DNA of 57,029 nucleotides, filler included, from Catajapyx aquilonaris (Eukaryota): the NCBI GenBank assembly GCA_000934665.2. It is 2 parts of 2 records of this genome, joined end to end, with 100 filler letters (N's around TTAATTAATTAA, not from the genome) between each part and the next. Parts side by side here need not be neighbours in the genome. Positions count along the whole stretch, not along the records: positions 1 to 28,468 come from JYFJ02004916.1; 1 more part is not named here. The stretch is one strand, 5' to 3'. The notes under the pieces are model-generated. The model searched no databases. It saw only the letters and a list, made by a program, of their open reading frames with translations, and was not told the DNA's origin. Made by a program: the position numbers and the translations under genes. Shown here piece after piece: positions 13,768 to 25,730 of the stretch. Positions within the stretch are counted from its first letter, which is position 1, and the number at the start of each line of letters is the position of its first letter.

Positions 13768-16700
13768 TTAGAAATGCATGTAATCAGGATGAAAAGGCTG
13801 CTCCAAAATTGCTCTTGCAGCAATCACTCCTTGGAATGCATTGAGCGGCCCAAACCCTTTCTGCTCTAGTGCACATGGCACAGGGCAAGCTTCAAATGCT
13901 GGTGTACTGTGACTCTGGTGGCGAATAGCATGGTCTGACATGACCTGCATCACCCCCTGCTTTCCACTCACCACTTCCTCCCCTTTCTGAGTTTCTACTC
14001 TTCCAGGTACTGGTGCTCGGAACTCATCCTCTGATCGAGCAGCAGTACTTTTCGACGGCTCCTCAGCTGGAGGGTTACTGACTGGTGCTCCTTTCACCTT
14101 CTTTGTCATGGGAGGCCTTCCTTCCCGGTGCAACTCTTCCACATGCATCCTACGCTGGTGTGATCGGCAGTTGCTAGAGTTGTTGAAGTTGCGTCCACAG
14201 TACTGGCAGTGGTAAGTCTTCTTCCCCTCATGAAACTCATAGTGGCCCTAGAATTATGTTGTGGAACATGTTTAGGTGGCCAAAGAAGTGATACTAATCT
14301 GGAATTGTGATTGGCATGCATGAGAGGATGACTTCAGAAGACAATGAAACTGAAATTTACTGATCTATATTTCTTGATAAGTTTTATGTATAGTAGTAAA
14401 ACTTACTATCCTGAGAGAACTACCACACATCATGAATAGTGATCTGTCCCCATAAAGCATGAGATCATGCAAGGTCATATTAAACAAAACTAGTGCTAAA
14501 GATGCCTGCAGACTGGTAATTGACGTGATATATTAATTATTATTACTATCATTATTTTTACACATACACCTTGTCTGCTGTCAATATTTCACTTGCACTC
14601 ACCTTCAAGTCCTTAGACCGCTTGAAACCCTTCCCACAGTACATGCACCGGTATGGTCTGTCATCCGAATGTGTAACCATGTGCCTCTTGAGTGTGCGTG
14701 ATGTGGCAAGATGCATACCACACACAGTACACACCAGTGGGTCCTCATTGTGTATTTCCACATGTATTTTCAGACCTGACTTGGTCTTGAATCCTTTCCC
14801 ACACTTCTCACACTTGAATGGAGTGTCATCACTATGAGTGACCAAATGATCCTTTAAGTTACCCTTTTGGGTGAAGGTGCGCCCACATATGTCACACACA
14901 TATGACCTTTCACCCATGTGGACTATACGCTGGTGAGTAAGGAGGGAATTCTTGGTGCACATTTTCTTGTTACACACATCACACTGCCAAATGGCACGTG
15001 TCTCCACTGGCACGTGCGTCTTCTCATGATGCTTCAGGAGTGCCTCTGCATGGAAGCGCTTTGGACACTGGCTGCACTGGAATGGGCGCTGACTTCGAGG
15101 GAGGTGGGTGCCTTTGTGCTGTTCCAAGTGGGACTTGTAGTAGTAGGATTTGTCACACTCATCACAGCTGCAGCAGTGAGAAGAAAATTCAAGATTCATT
15201 TCTCATATCATTCATTCCATACACCTTCACAAAAGAAACAATATGTTATTTTCCCAGATTATAAAAGTTACAACAGCATAATATTCAAGCACATGACAGT
15301 ACACGGTGCATTAGTTACACATGACAACAAATGGCAGCTTGCTGTACCTGAACTTGGCAATTTTGAGGTGCTTGATCCAGTGCCTCTCCATCTGTCGCTT
15401 GTTATTCAATGTAGCTCCACAGTTACATTTTCCCTGAGCGACTAAGGTAGAGTGTGACTGGCGGCAGTGCTGGATGAGTGTGCTCCACTTGGCATGCTCC
15501 TCCCCACATGTGAGGCATGCCACCTTGAAATTTCCCCTATTCCCCTCCCCTCTTGCCCCACGCCCTCCTTCTCGCACCTTGTAGTCTGGATCGGCTTCCT
15601 CGTTGTCACTCCCAGAAGACACATCGAGATCTGAATCTGACTCTGGAGGAGGTTGTACAAGCAGCTTCCTCCCTCTGCGGGTCACAACTCCCTTGCTTGC
15701 TGGGGAGACCTTCTCTGGACTGCTGGAAGGGTTACAGCCTCCCTCAGAGTCCTCATCTGCTACCACCGTCCTCACGGGTTTGCTCTGCTTGCGAGATCTT
15801 CGTCTGGTACCCACCACTTTGGTCTCTTCTGCCATGGTTGCCACCTCCTCCATATTGACAAGGTCTGTGGACTCAGCAGCTGAATCACCCCACTCCAACT
15901 CCAGACTGTTTTGCTAAATGGAATAAGAGAGAGTTTTTAATACATATTTATCATAATAAGCCCATGCAAAGTTTAATGGATTACTGCTCTGGGGGTCATT
16001 TTTGAGTCAGGCTCTAAAAGTCAGGCACAAAAATTTTGATTTGATAGAGGGATCACTTAATTCAACACAAAATGGTAAATCCAGGTTAGGAGTCAGGGTC
16101 AGCTACAGATATACCTCCTTTTATGAAACAACCAGCTGAATAGCAACCCGTGCCACCAATTTAATATTACACATATAATTACAATCCTCATTATCCAGAC
16201 GGGGTTGAAAAGGCCTTATCCTTACCCATTCCTGATGCCATTATTCACAATCCATTGCAACTGGTGCTGGACAGTCTTATTAGACTTTTTTTTTAAATTT
16301 TTTTAGTTATCCCGTGATAGGGCTAGGCCCTCTTAGTGGGGAAGGGGATTTGTTTACGTGGAACATCCAAGGTTTTTGACCCCATGTTGTTCTGGTATTT
16401 AAAATGTGGGACAGCCAGATCATCTCTATTCCAAAGCATATACAGTAACTAACCACACAAAAATCATCTATCTCCTCCATCCCGTCACTCTGATGCCCTT
16501 CGTCTTGCACTTCTTTGTCACCTCTCTCCCCACCGTTGTCCTCTTTGATGGCTCTAATCCGAAGGGAAACCTGCCGGGACACAATCTTGTTTTGTGCACG
16601 CAGACAATCCTCAGCAAACTTGTGGAAGGTGTTTAAGGCAGAGCAGCATCGAGGGCAAGCCCACTGGGGAAGGCCATCTCCTTCGTGTACCTGCGGCAAC

Positions 16701-17935
16701 AGAAATGTGTAAGTCATAAGGTTTGGGGTTTGCTGTAACATTCACTGCATACATCCAGTGGAATGAAATCCCTTAATAGAGGCTACAATCTACATAATCT
16801 GGAGTAGTTATACAGGCACCAATTGTAACTGTAATTACAAGTCCATGCATGGAGCACACCATTCCAACAATTCAAAAACATACTTTACAACACTTATTAG
16901 TATTGCATGGAATTTATGCCTGAAAACCTAGTCTTGCTTCATTCCTAAATACCTGGCAAAGTTCTGAATTAACCATTGACCTTGTACAGTCTGTTACATT
17001 ACTAAACGTAGTGCTAAAGCCACCCCATAATGGTCCAGTTTCTGCAGTATCCAAGTTAACCCTTAACTACGTAGGTGGGTGAAACACCTTTAACTACGTA
17101 GGTGGAGCCTGAGAGGCTCCAACGGTATATTTAAATCTCTGCTTATCCACTAAATTGTTATATTGGACTTTTCACATACAGAACGTGAAGTTCAGATCAT
17201 TAGGCTTCCGAAAACGTAAAAATCACACGCTGAGTCAGCATATTCCGACAGGGAAAAAATTTTAATTAAAAGGTTGCACCATGTTGGAACCACTCAGGCT
17301 TCACCTACGAGATATAGAGCCTGAGCGGTTCCAGGAGGGACCTGTTCCTCGTTACGAATTTTTTTTAACCAAAGAATAGGAACTTTAAAAAAATTTCTTT
17401 CATTTTCATGCTTAGGAAGGTTTTTCTGACAGTCACGGAAGGACACGGGAAAAAAAATCAATGAAAAAGTTATATGCGTTTAAATACCGGTAGTGGTTGG
17501 AGCCTCTCAGGCTCCACCTACGTAGTTAAGGGTTAAAGGCAAATTTCACTGCATAAGTAAGTTGACACCTGCTCTACCATGTTGGATGCAATGCAACTTT
17601 GGTCTGAACAGTTTTCTGGATCATTCAGTCATAGATATGTGAGGTTCTATTTATGAGACTAGTAAGCATTGAAGTGTCAGAGAGATGGCACATTCATTCC
17701 ACATACAACTTGTTGCGTGTTCTCTGGAGTGAGGGCCGTATCCTGGCCGTACCTCCAAGCGCAGGTACCTCCTGATGATGTTGGCCAGAGGCTGGTGGTG
17801 CTGGCCCTTGGTCCCCTTGTTGTTGTTGCTGGCAGTGCTGTTGGTAGTACCTTTGGCGAAGATCCACTCCCCCTGGGCGCCGTCCAATCTGCAGGCGCAC
17901 AGCCGGCACAGGTCCACCACCCCCTTGGAGCCCAT
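13768..17935 (-). CDS. ZAD-C2H2 zinc-finger protein, paralog 4 (about 676 aa)
   Basis: Exons 17935-17753, 16690-16454, 15913-15348, 15167-14603, 14247-13768 (2031 nt). In-frame TAG upstream of the ATG. Same architecture as paralogs 2 and 3. Confidence 0.92.
17060..17532. mobile_element. piggyBac-like MITE in intron 1 of paralog 4
   Basis: TTAA TSDs at 17056-17059 and 17533-17536, termini CCCTTAACTACGTAGGTGG...CCACCTACGTAGTTAAGGG, internal GAGCCTGAG-GGCTCC repeats. Confidence 0.85.
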
Positions 17936-20900
17936 CCTCCAGCTCGCCTACTGCTAGCCTTGCCTGGAACCACGCCTGGAACTGGAACGATGGAGGTCCT
18001 GGAGGAGGAGGAAGGGCTTGCCAGGCAGGGGCGGTGTCCCGCAGCAGCTGTCTACGGAAGGAGGGTGTTTCAAGGGTGGATCAGGGCAACTTCAGCAGCA
18101 GGCGGAGGTGGACGATGGGAGGCAGACGCAGCTGGGAACGTAAACATCCTCTGCTGGAGTGATCGGGCGCCATGTTTGGGGAGGACGCCCCCTCCTGCTA
18201 CAATCACTCCATTCACGGTTTGCTGCAGCTCCTCCTACTCCTCCTCCTGCAGTCGCATCCACCCTCCCACCATGCAACAACAACCTCCCTCCGCCTACCT
18301 ATCACCTCCCACACTGCTACTTGCTATTCTCACTGCTAATGCTCTCTACTAGCAGCTCTCCTGGGTAGCTGTTACATCTCCTGCGTGAGCTATTAGCAAC
18401 TTCCTGGAAATAGTCAGTAGCAGTTACAGATATTTCAAGATAGGGGGCAATTACCGAAGTTTGAAATGAAAATTCCTGTTGTTTTTTTTGCAGTAGCGGC
18501 GTGTATTACGTACATCAAAACCGATCAAAACCATATGCACATCAAAAGCCTACTCATTTAACGTGAGAAATACTGTCTGTATATCCGTCATAATCGTCAT
18601 AATATAAACAAGCAGTCTGTTATTTTGTGAAGCGCGCTTAAAGTAGAGATGTTAGAAAGTTGCTACTTTTTAAAGTAGTCACGTTGTAGCAGTTATGTGG
18701 TGGAGGTGGCACAATAGCTGTTATTCACAAGAATGTAAATAAAAGCGTTTTATTCAGGCTTGGAAAGAACCTGACCGACTTTTTGCACGTGCAAATTCAG
18801 TATTTTTTTAAGCATATGTTACGCAGACTGTAACGACAGTCGGAGTAGAGAACTGTTATTCTTTAGTGTTTACTTGTAATTTTTATTAGAATGTTGTTTT
18901 CCGTGTTTGTACCACTTTATATTAGATGACGACAATCATGGGAGGATTATAAGCTTAGGTCTTGGGATTGCTATACTGTACCGGTACCCACTATAATTTG
19001 TAGCAATTATTGTAAAGTCACATTTTTGTTGTAAGTGTTGAACAATACACTTCATATACCGTATGCCTCCATTTTTATAGTATAGTCTAGGTCTAGGCAT
19101 ACTCTACATACGCAGATGAGTTCGTTTCTGAAATGCAGAACGAGTAGTCTCATTTGCGTCGATATTGACTTAGGCAGGCAGTGTTTAATGGGTGGGGCAC
19201 TTTCTTATGGTCCAGTCCGAGGTCCAGTCAGTTTTCTGATATAGCAATTATGCCTACAACCCCTTTGATAAAATATACCGGTATGTGAAAATTCAGCCTT
19301 CAAACTTCCCGCATATGTTGAAAACAATCACATGTAATTATAATGGTTCTGCATTTCAAGACTTCATGTGCACCGTATATGTATCTAAGGTCTTTCCGCG
19401 ATTTCTTTGTACAGCACAACCATCTTACTTGAGCACAACATACTTGTCCGTAGGTTATTGCTGTATTGAAAAGTAAGTTGTTACCGGTTCAGTTGACGAC
19501 TCAATAAAGTTTCACATACGCCATATAAACAGTTGAGAACATAATTTTGCTTGTTCTCACTCAGCGCATTGCAGTTGTTACGCCCCAATTAATTGCTCTT
19601 CAAACTATAACAGCCTTGAAAGAAACGAGAAGTGCAAACAAAACCTAACACACATTTTGAAAATATAGTAGGCCTATACGTACAGTATTTTTCAGCAAAT
19701 TTTATTCACCTCAGTTTATTAAGGTACAATAATATTGTGCCACATTCATGAAACAAATGTAAAAAAAAATTAATGTGAATATGCGAAAATATATTACTGT
19801 AGGTGATTTGAGGCAAGTCCAGAGAAAAATTATTTCCTGTGATTTATTCTTCCCCTTGAACATCTCAAGCAAATGGGTTGCAACCCATTTAGGATACTCG
19901 TTTCCCACTAATCGCACACACAAGCACGAAATTCTCAAGGGCACCTCTTCTTTTGTGATGGGCTACGTCGATTGCGAAACTTATCGCTTTCTTTATGGCA
20001 ACATAAATGTCATTAGGTCACCATATTATGTGTTAAACATTTGCGACAGAGACCCAAAAAATTGGCCACGGTCGTTGCCTCAGTGCAGTATTATGTAAAA
20101 GACAGGTTTTATGTTGATTAATCTCCACTCTGGAGTGACCATTCATACAAATTTTTTTTATCGGCCACATTTGAAAGTGAAATCGCACCAAGGATTTCAG
20201 AAAATGTGTCCTTCTATTTTTTTTTTTAAAGAAAAAGCTGGCCAAGTTCTCTAATTGCCAGCTGAAGCCTATAGTGATGTAGAATATTAAATATCCCCAA
20301 CACAAAACTCGAACCTTCAACAATTTTTTGTTGTTGCGGATGCAAAATGGAACTTTCGCTTTCACAGGAAGCGCATTGTTCAGAGTGGCGACCGTGAATA
20401 CTTTCCCACTATTACGTATCCGCTTTCCACTTTTCCCCGATGCCTCTTCAATTCCGCCCCCCTTTATTTTCTTTTTTTTCCGCATTATTTAACTCGAAAC
20501 ATGTGGTTGAATGAGGGTTTTTTACATGGCCAGGTTTTTTTCGGCTTGTTCCAGCAAGTGGCCAGGGCTGGGAGGGAGGTTTGAAGGGGTTTAAAAAAAT
20601 GGCAGCTGGCGGTCCGCTCGTGAAAGTGAAGGCCGTAGAAGGGAAAGTGTTTCGTAAGCACATGCTGGAGGATACTTTTCGTTCTTGTGAAAGGCAAGAC
20701 CGATCTTTCGCATGGGCGAAATTGGAAGCGTCGAGGACTATTTCGATGCTGGATTTGTTTGAGGGCAAGGAGTGGCTCGAATGAGGGACACAAACTGGTA
20801 AACAGTGGCTGTAATAAATCATACAATATTTAATATTGAAACTGTGGTGCTGAAAATAACATATTTGTACAGTACTAATTGGGACATGAAATTTTTAATA

Positions 20901-23900
20901 TATAGTGGGCCTGCTTAGCTTTTTTGCTTAATTGCCTAAGATCATTTTATACATTTATCAGACACATAAGCACAGATCAGTAATTAGGTTTTTAAAATTA
21001 TATGCAAATAGCTATTAGCGGATATTATTATGCTTCATGTATTTATTCAGTACCTTATTATTTATTATCATATGGACACAGTGTTGACACACCCTATTTA
21101 AAAAAATGATTGTTTGCTATAGCTTTAATAGGGAAATGTCGTTATGTGGTTTTTGTGATACTCACGTACAAGTTGGACGAATTACATTTGGCAATCACAG
21201 AAATTGCTCACGCCCATTTTTGTTGCTGTTAGCACACTCCAGGTACTGATCGTTATTAGACTATAATTTATGACATTATTGTAGTGCGACACTTTCATAA
21301 CTGCACATACACTTTTTTTGATACAATACCTGCATGGTTATGTAAGACTGAACAATCGCCCCATTTATCTTGATTGGAGAAGGGGGTGGGGGGGTTATAT
21401 CTGGCGCCAGATTGTTATCACGTCGGTGTTGTTTTTATTAAACGAGGGAGTGCAGGGCTAGAGGGAGGCGGGGAGAGGGCGAATGTGAAAGTTGAGTGAT
21501 TTTCGAGAATAGTGCGTAGAGTGGCAGCTAGAGAGACAAGGCATGAAAATGCCGTCGTCCTTGAAAGTCCCCCTTTTTCCCCAGCCATTGCGAGCTATTG
21601 CACTGCAAATCTTGCGTCACCATTGAAAGTCAATTCGGGAAAGGGACGGAGTCGAATTTTTCCTAATAGGGCAGCTTGGTTTGCTCGGGGAGAGGTCGCT
21701 CGCCTTCTTATTAACACCTGACATTTCTATCGCAATGTTCCTTTCTCATTTTCTTCTCGGGCAATTTTTTTTTTCTTCTTTCGTTTCTGTTCACCTTCGC
21801 TTGTATATATGGGAAGGTTGCCACATGGGAACTACAAATATATTATGGGGTGAAATATCTATTTTTAAGCGATGTCAACATTTGTCGCGGTTTCTCCTTT
21901 CAAATAGCAGTTTTCTCTTCTGCTTTTCCGCGCTTTTCACTTTTTTTCGAATGTGCGGCTGACTGCTTTTGACTACGGGAATCGTTCCGTGTAATTATAT
22001 ACGCTTTTGTGAAAATCTGGGAGAATTTATAACTCCTCTTTGGAATATATTGTTGCAAATGTTCTCACCACTGCATTACAGCATTTTTATTCTCTGTATG
22101 CCTTATTGTGATGCAAGGCCTGATCTGATTACTGCCTTCCTGTGCATATAATATTGAATGAAGTGGAATTCAGAGAAAACGTATTTCTTTTATTCAGTAC
22201 TATCTGCGACTTTTAACACAAGTTCTTCCGAGTTTATGTGAAAGTAAACAGGCAATTCTGGCCCGTATCGTTTATATTGCATACTTTTATATTATCTTGT
22301 GCAGAAAGGAGAATTGTATACTTCATGCAAATAGCTTGTATTAGGCGAATAGTGTAAGCCCACATATCGGACAAAAGTGTTCGCGTGAATCTGTACTTAT
22401 TACCAATACCATAAGACTATAGTGCTGATGCTATGTCTGAAATATCCCTCTGACATCATCAGATGCTTCAGTCATGTTGATTGAAAATTGCGGGTTATTA
22501 AACTATTATGTTATGGCGGAAATTTGAATAAATTTAACGATTTTATTGTAATATATGCAACTTGTAAGAACGCTCGTGCCTCTGATAAGATTTTTTTTTA
22601 TTAGCAAGGTATGCCTGGGACCCTGAAACCTTTCGCGAGTGAAAGTACATACATACCAGGTCCACCTTGCTCGTTGCGTCCTGTACACGAAAGTTCGGTG
22701 AACAAACTCGTAAACAACTAATGTTAACAGCAAAATGGTTATGGTAATTATTTTGAAATCGCCAAATGTGCATCCAGGGATATTTTGTGAACAGGCTTCG
22801 AAACTACTCACGTCCTTTCATGCTTGCTGAAAGTGAAAACAATAGGCTATACGATATGACGGGTAAATGAATATGCGGCCATTAAATAGTTACTGCCTAT
22901 ACCTTCGAGCCATAATAACCACGACAGAGTTTAAATTAAAAATAGCCGACTTTCATGTTCAGAAAAGCTATACGAACTAGACCTGAGAATAATATGCTAA
23001 CCATTTCACATTGGTTTTATGGGCGCATAGGCTACTTGTGTCACGAAAGTGTGATGAAACGACTTTCACAGAAAAAAAAGCATCACATCATGTGTTGCTG
23101 TCCCCAGCATAATCAGAATGGTCGAGTACCATGCAAGTTTGTCCATTATCAAAATTTCTACTTTCCCATAAAGTGCGTTACATAGCAAACTCCTTGGACA
23201 TAATTGTTCACTGACTGTGAGTGAAAAGAACCGTGCAACTTTTTCCTAATTTTTGGACAGTGAGTCGTCTGGGGGAAGCCGGCGACCCCCGCAAGAGCGG
23301 TTTGTCTTCACATGTCACACATACACACACTCACTTTCTATCGAAGCTGTAAGTGCGGAAGTGAAACAGTGCGGCGCATAACCAAAGGGAGGAGGAGGAA
23401 GGAAAGAAAGTGGAGGTAGTAGTAGGAAGACTCTCAAATTTCTCCGGCGTTAGAAACACCACCCCTCCTTTTCCTTTTCACTTTTCTTCCCAGCTCTTAC
23501 TTCATACAAACGGTCTCGTCATCATCATCATATATCGGCCCCTCAGATAAGCCGAGCCAACCTCGCTTTCGACAGCCCTCTTTCCCTTGACCCGCTCCCG
23601 GCCTTCTTTTCACGACTAATTAACACCGCTTGCCAACTATGGCCAGTGGCAAATGAGAGGTGCCTGCCACATTATTGGGAAGGCAAATAGAGCTAAATGC
23701 AGCCTCATATAAGAAGGAAGCAGGTGTAGTTATCACACCGAGTGAAAGCGTTACGTTGTCATCATGCCCAATGCATAATAACGACAAGTTCTTCATGCGG
23801 TGACCTCTCTTTTGAGGCAGATGGATACCGTATAGATAGGGCGCGTCCGAATGGGTGCGGAGGGAGTTGCATCACTGCATTGGGATAATAAAGATAGGAT

Positions 23901-24560
23901 TTTTTTTTTTGTACTATTTAGAGAGGAGAATCTGCATGGGATGAAGGAGAGTGGGTGAGGGGGCGCACATAGGCAAGGCATAGGGGGGTGGGCCTGCCTG
24001 TCCTCGACCTGAAAAGCGCGCTGGTTACTGAATGGACGCGGATGCCTGGCCATTGGGTGAAAGCACAGGGCTTTCCCTTCCACTCTCTCTTCTTCTCCTT
24101 TGCCGCGGACACCGCCGCTGCTGCCTCGCCGTCGGACTCTGAGCGGGGTCCACTCGGCCTGCCTCCCGCGTTACATACATTGCATTGCGCGCACTCACTC
24201 GCAATCGGACTTGCTGGGCAGGTGCACTACCCGCTGCTGTGCTGAGGAGGCCACTTTCGCACGCATCTCCCTCCACACGCAACTCCCCCCTTCGGTGTGG
24301 CCTTGTTTGCCCTGCCCCTGTCGCCACAACAACAAAGCAACGTATCAATCAGAAACAGTGGGCAGCAGGACCAGTGCGGATGCCAGTTCCTGTGAACTTG
24401 GATTTGTGCATGTGCCCACACCGTTGCAGGCGGAGTGACTGTGAATTGTGATCACACCGCCACAGAGCAGTGACCATATTGGGTGCTGTGACACACCATG
24501 GTGTAGTGTCGTCCTCTCTTTCCCTCTGGATCAACCTGAATGCAACAACTGTGCACCACC

Positions 24561-25730
24561 ATGTCCGACTGGCTGTTCCTGCAATACCACAAGCACCCAG
24601 CAGTCCTGGGCCGCGAGATCCATTCCTTCTTCCGTCGAGAGGCCTTTACCGACTTGGCCCTGGTCTGCGCAGGTGGCATCGTCAAGGCACATCAGCTGGT
24701 GCTGGCCTGTGTGTCACCTTGGCTCAAGCAGGTGTTTGAGGATGAGGCCCCTTGGCCCGGTGCTGAACTGGTGCTGGTGCTGCCAGATGTCCGTCACGAG
24801 GACATGGCCACCTTGGTGCAGTTTTTGTATGGCGGCGAGGTAGTGGTTCCTTTGAGGCAGTTGGGAAGTTTGCAAGATCTGACCCAGCTGCTGCAGATGG
24901 ACCGATCCATGCTTAACTTCAGAGTGGAAGTGCCAGGAGCCACACCTGCTGTGGAACCAGAGGCAGAAGATGATGATGGAGTGCAAGTGAGACTTAGTTC
25001 GGTAACCAAAGAGGAAAAAGTGGAGGCGAAAGAGGAGCCAATGTCTATGGAACAAGAATCATCACCGTTGCCCTTAGAGGTGAGGTTGGGCTGCTCGACA
25101 CCACCAAAGGAAATGACTAATGGAGTGCCGGATATGCCTCCTGATCCTTATCCAGCTCATCAGAACGGAGACCAGTCTGGTGTTGTTATTCTTCCAGTGT
25201 CTCGTCGAGGGTTCCGTGGTGGTGGAACTTTAAAACACCTTTTGAGCCACCAACATGCTCCACCCAGGCCCCGTGATGCCCCAAATCCTCTCAGAGTAAC
25301 AATGTTATCAACTGGAAAATCTGGTGCCCTCCAGCTCCAGTGCAGCCTGTGCAAATACGAGTGCGGTACATATGAGGAATTCAAAAAACATGAAAAACTT
25401 CACAGGCCAGCCTTCACATGTGAGTATTGTGGCAAGGGATTCTTTATCAAGTGGAACTTGGTGGCACATCTAAGAACTCACACAGGTGAGAAGCCATTCT
25501 TGTGCAATTTTTGTCAGCAACCATTCAGGCAGAAGGCTCACCTTATCAAGCATATCAGTGCGGTGCATGGACACAAAGAAGAGAAGGCTGCAGCGGCAGC
25601 TGCGAGTGCACCAACAATCGGACCAAGTGCATATCTCTGCAGCTTTTGTGGGAGGGCATTTGATGACAAAGAACAGGTTCGGAAACACATCAGCCAGGAA
25701 CACAGGGATTTGCTCAAGAGGGCTTACTGA
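24561..25730 (+). CDS. BTB/POZ domain plus four C2H2 zinc fingers, transcription factor (intronless CDS)
   Basis: ACCACCATG at 24561 (alternative ATG at 24540). BTB motif FTDLALVCAGGIVKAHQLVLACVSPWLKQVF...LVQFLYGGEV. Fingers include a TGEKP linker. Confidence 0.9.
   Translation: MSDWLFLQYHKHPAVLGREIHSFFRREAFTDLALVCAGGIVKAHQLVLACVSPWLKQVFEDEAPWPGAELVLVLPDVRHEDMATLVQFLYGGEVVVPLRQLGSLQDLTQLLQMDRSMLNFRVEVPGATPAVEPEAEDDDGVQVRLSSVTKEEKVEAKEEPMSMEQESSPLPLEVRLGCSTPPKEMTNGVPDMPPDPYPAHQNGDQSGVVILPVSRRGFRGGGTLKHLLSHQHAPPRPRDAPNPLRVTMLSTGKSGALQLQCSLCKYECGTYEEFKKHEKLHRPAFTCEYCGKGFFIKWNLVAHLRTHTGEKPFLCNFCQQPFRQKAHLIKHISAVHGHKEEKAAAAAASAPTIGPSAYLCSFCGRAFDDKEQVRKHISQEHRDLLKRAY

Noticed and set aside
17669..18352. 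227-aa plus-strand ORF and the other antisense ORFs over ZAD, aconitase and oxt exons
   Set aside because: Non-ATG or shadow frames in GC-rich or coding sequence with no domain signal.
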